Origin: a virus
IMG/VR virus record: IMGVR_UViG_3300015203_000008
Direction: 5' to 3' (one strand)
DNA: 64,000 bases
A program made the position numbers and the translations under genes. Below, one piece after another: positions 63,016 to 64,000 of the stretch. How positions within the stretch are numbered: the first letter of the stretch is position 1; each line of letters starts with the position of its first letter. The notes under the pieces were generated by a model that was not told the DNA's origin, did not search any database, and was given only the letters and a program-made list of their open reading frames with translations.

Positions 63016-63807
63016 TTATTTTCGAACTAATCTCACGCGGTCTGTTACCAACCGGGCGCCGGGAACCTGCCGAGGTACTTGATTCTCTCCGTTGCACTTC
63101 GGGCAGACGATCACGTCTTTAGCCGCGCATTTTCCAGTGTGAGTCGTTGGGCTTGTCTCATTGCCGCGCTCACCGTTGCAATTACAATCTGGAGAACACA
63201 CACCCAACTGTCCGCACTTCTCGCACGGCAGCATTTCCTTGAGAGCCGCGCCCAGTTCTTTCAGCTTCACCGACACCACAGCATCTTTCGATAGCGGCGG
63301 GAATCCAGCAAGCCCCTGAACATGAGCCCACGTTGCCATCGAAACCGTCATCGTCAAAGTCACTTGCTTGAACTCGTCGGGTATCTCGCGGTCGTCCAAC
63401 ACTTCCACCGATGCCGGATTCTTGGCAAGCGATAGAGTCGATGTTTTCCCCTCCAGGCGCTTCCATTTGCCTTTGTCATCCGGCCCGAGCGATTGAATGG
63501 TTTGAACCGCTAGTTTCTTCAGCCGCTCGCCGGCCGCTTCGATGCGCTTCTTCCGGGCGTTGATGCGCTCTATTTCCTCGCCAGCAAAGGCGCTTTGATT
63601 TTCGAGGAACGCCATGAACGCACAGAACGAATCGCGCTTCTCTTGAACGGCTAGGAAGGCCTTCTCAACGAGAGCTACAAGCGCATCGCTGTCCTCGCCG
63701 GATTCAAGGCCATCCGCCAGCAGTTCTTCAAGCTTCTTCCAATCGGCTTCCCGTTCGTAGAGCGAGAGCGATTTGACTTCCTGTGGTCCTAGCTGTTTTG
63801 CGCTCAT
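63016..63807 (-). CDS. Siphovirus Gp157-family protein with a zinc-finger insertion
   Basis: SLYE...EKRD......EEIERINARKKRIE...RLK; LSLAKNPASVEV.D...IPDEF; VPGARL. Confidence 0.82.
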   Translation of the reverse strand: MSAKQLGPQEVKSLSLYEREADWKKLEELLADGLESGEDSDALVALVEKAFLAVQEKRDSFCAFMAFLENQSAFAGEEIERINARKKRIEAAGERLKKLAVQTIQSLGPDDKGKWKRLEGKTSTLSLAKNPASVEVLDDREIPDEFKQVTLTMTVSMATWAHVQGLAGFPPLSKDAVVSVKLKELGAALKEMLPCEKCGQLGVCSPDCNCNGERGNETSPTTHTGKCAAKDVIVCPKCNGENQVPRQVPGARLVTDRVRLVRK

Positions 63808-63809
63808 CC

Positions 63810-64000
63810 TTATTCTGCCTTTACGAATTTTCCGTTTTCATCCAGCCGATATTTGACGTTGGGTTCAAGATCCCCGTCGCCGTCTTCGTCGCGCACATGG
63901 CCGATCACAGCTTTGTAGCGCTTGCCGTTCCAGCGCATGATGGAAATTACTCCACCACTGCCTGCCGTGGCCGTGCCTCTGTAACCTGCCGTGGCCGTGC
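63810..64000 (-). CDS. C-terminus of an octapeptide-repeat protein (AGYRGTAT repeats), partial
   Basis: TATAGYRGTATAG...LEPNVKYRLDENGKFV; 24-bp DNA repeat at 63962-64000. Confidence 0.7.
   Translation of the reverse strand, partial: TATAGYRGTATAGSGGVISIMRWNGKRYKAVIGHVRDEDGDGDLEPNVKYRLDENGKFVKAE

Noticed and set aside
1-64000. Integrase/att sites, tape measure protein, rRNA or tRNA genes, reverse transcriptase/DGR
   Set aside because: No matching motifs seen; lifestyle (temperate or lytic) cannot be decided from this window

Overview
This window (GC-rich by eye, roughly 58-60%) is a continuous piece of a tailed dsDNA phage or prophage genome with podovirus/P22-like organisation. No host housekeeping genes, integrase, tRNA, CRISPR array or recognisable endolysin were seen. 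Layout: (1) 1-3300, minus strand: HNH, XRE HTH, RuvC-like resolvase, RHH. (2) 4008-11892, plus strand: DnaB helicase, ASCH protein, a leaderless RHH gene and an intein-containing SNF2 helicase-DNA methyltransferase fusion. (3) 11995-50394, minus strand: morphogenesis arm with terminase, three ejection proteins (one with a ParB-like domain), tail/adaptor proteins, major capsid, scaffold, portal and many small membrane genes. (4) 50661-52567, plus strand: an island of small ORFs behind a sigma54-type promoter, containing two copies of a covarying structured motif. (5) 52466-64000, minus strand: large fibre protein, KTSC, cold-shock protein, a DDE-deleted IS1595 derivative, MucR-NUMOD3 protein, putative SSAP and Gp157. 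The most unusual feature is that at least eight fibre-, spike- or decoration-like proteins in and around the head-tail operon carry Sec-type signal peptides and paired cysteines, and a GT-C-type membrane glycosyltransferase is translationally coupled inside the same operon. This suggests an exported, possibly disulfide-bonded and glycosylated, virion-decoration or host-surface system. Product calls rest on motif recognition by eye; no database searches were run.
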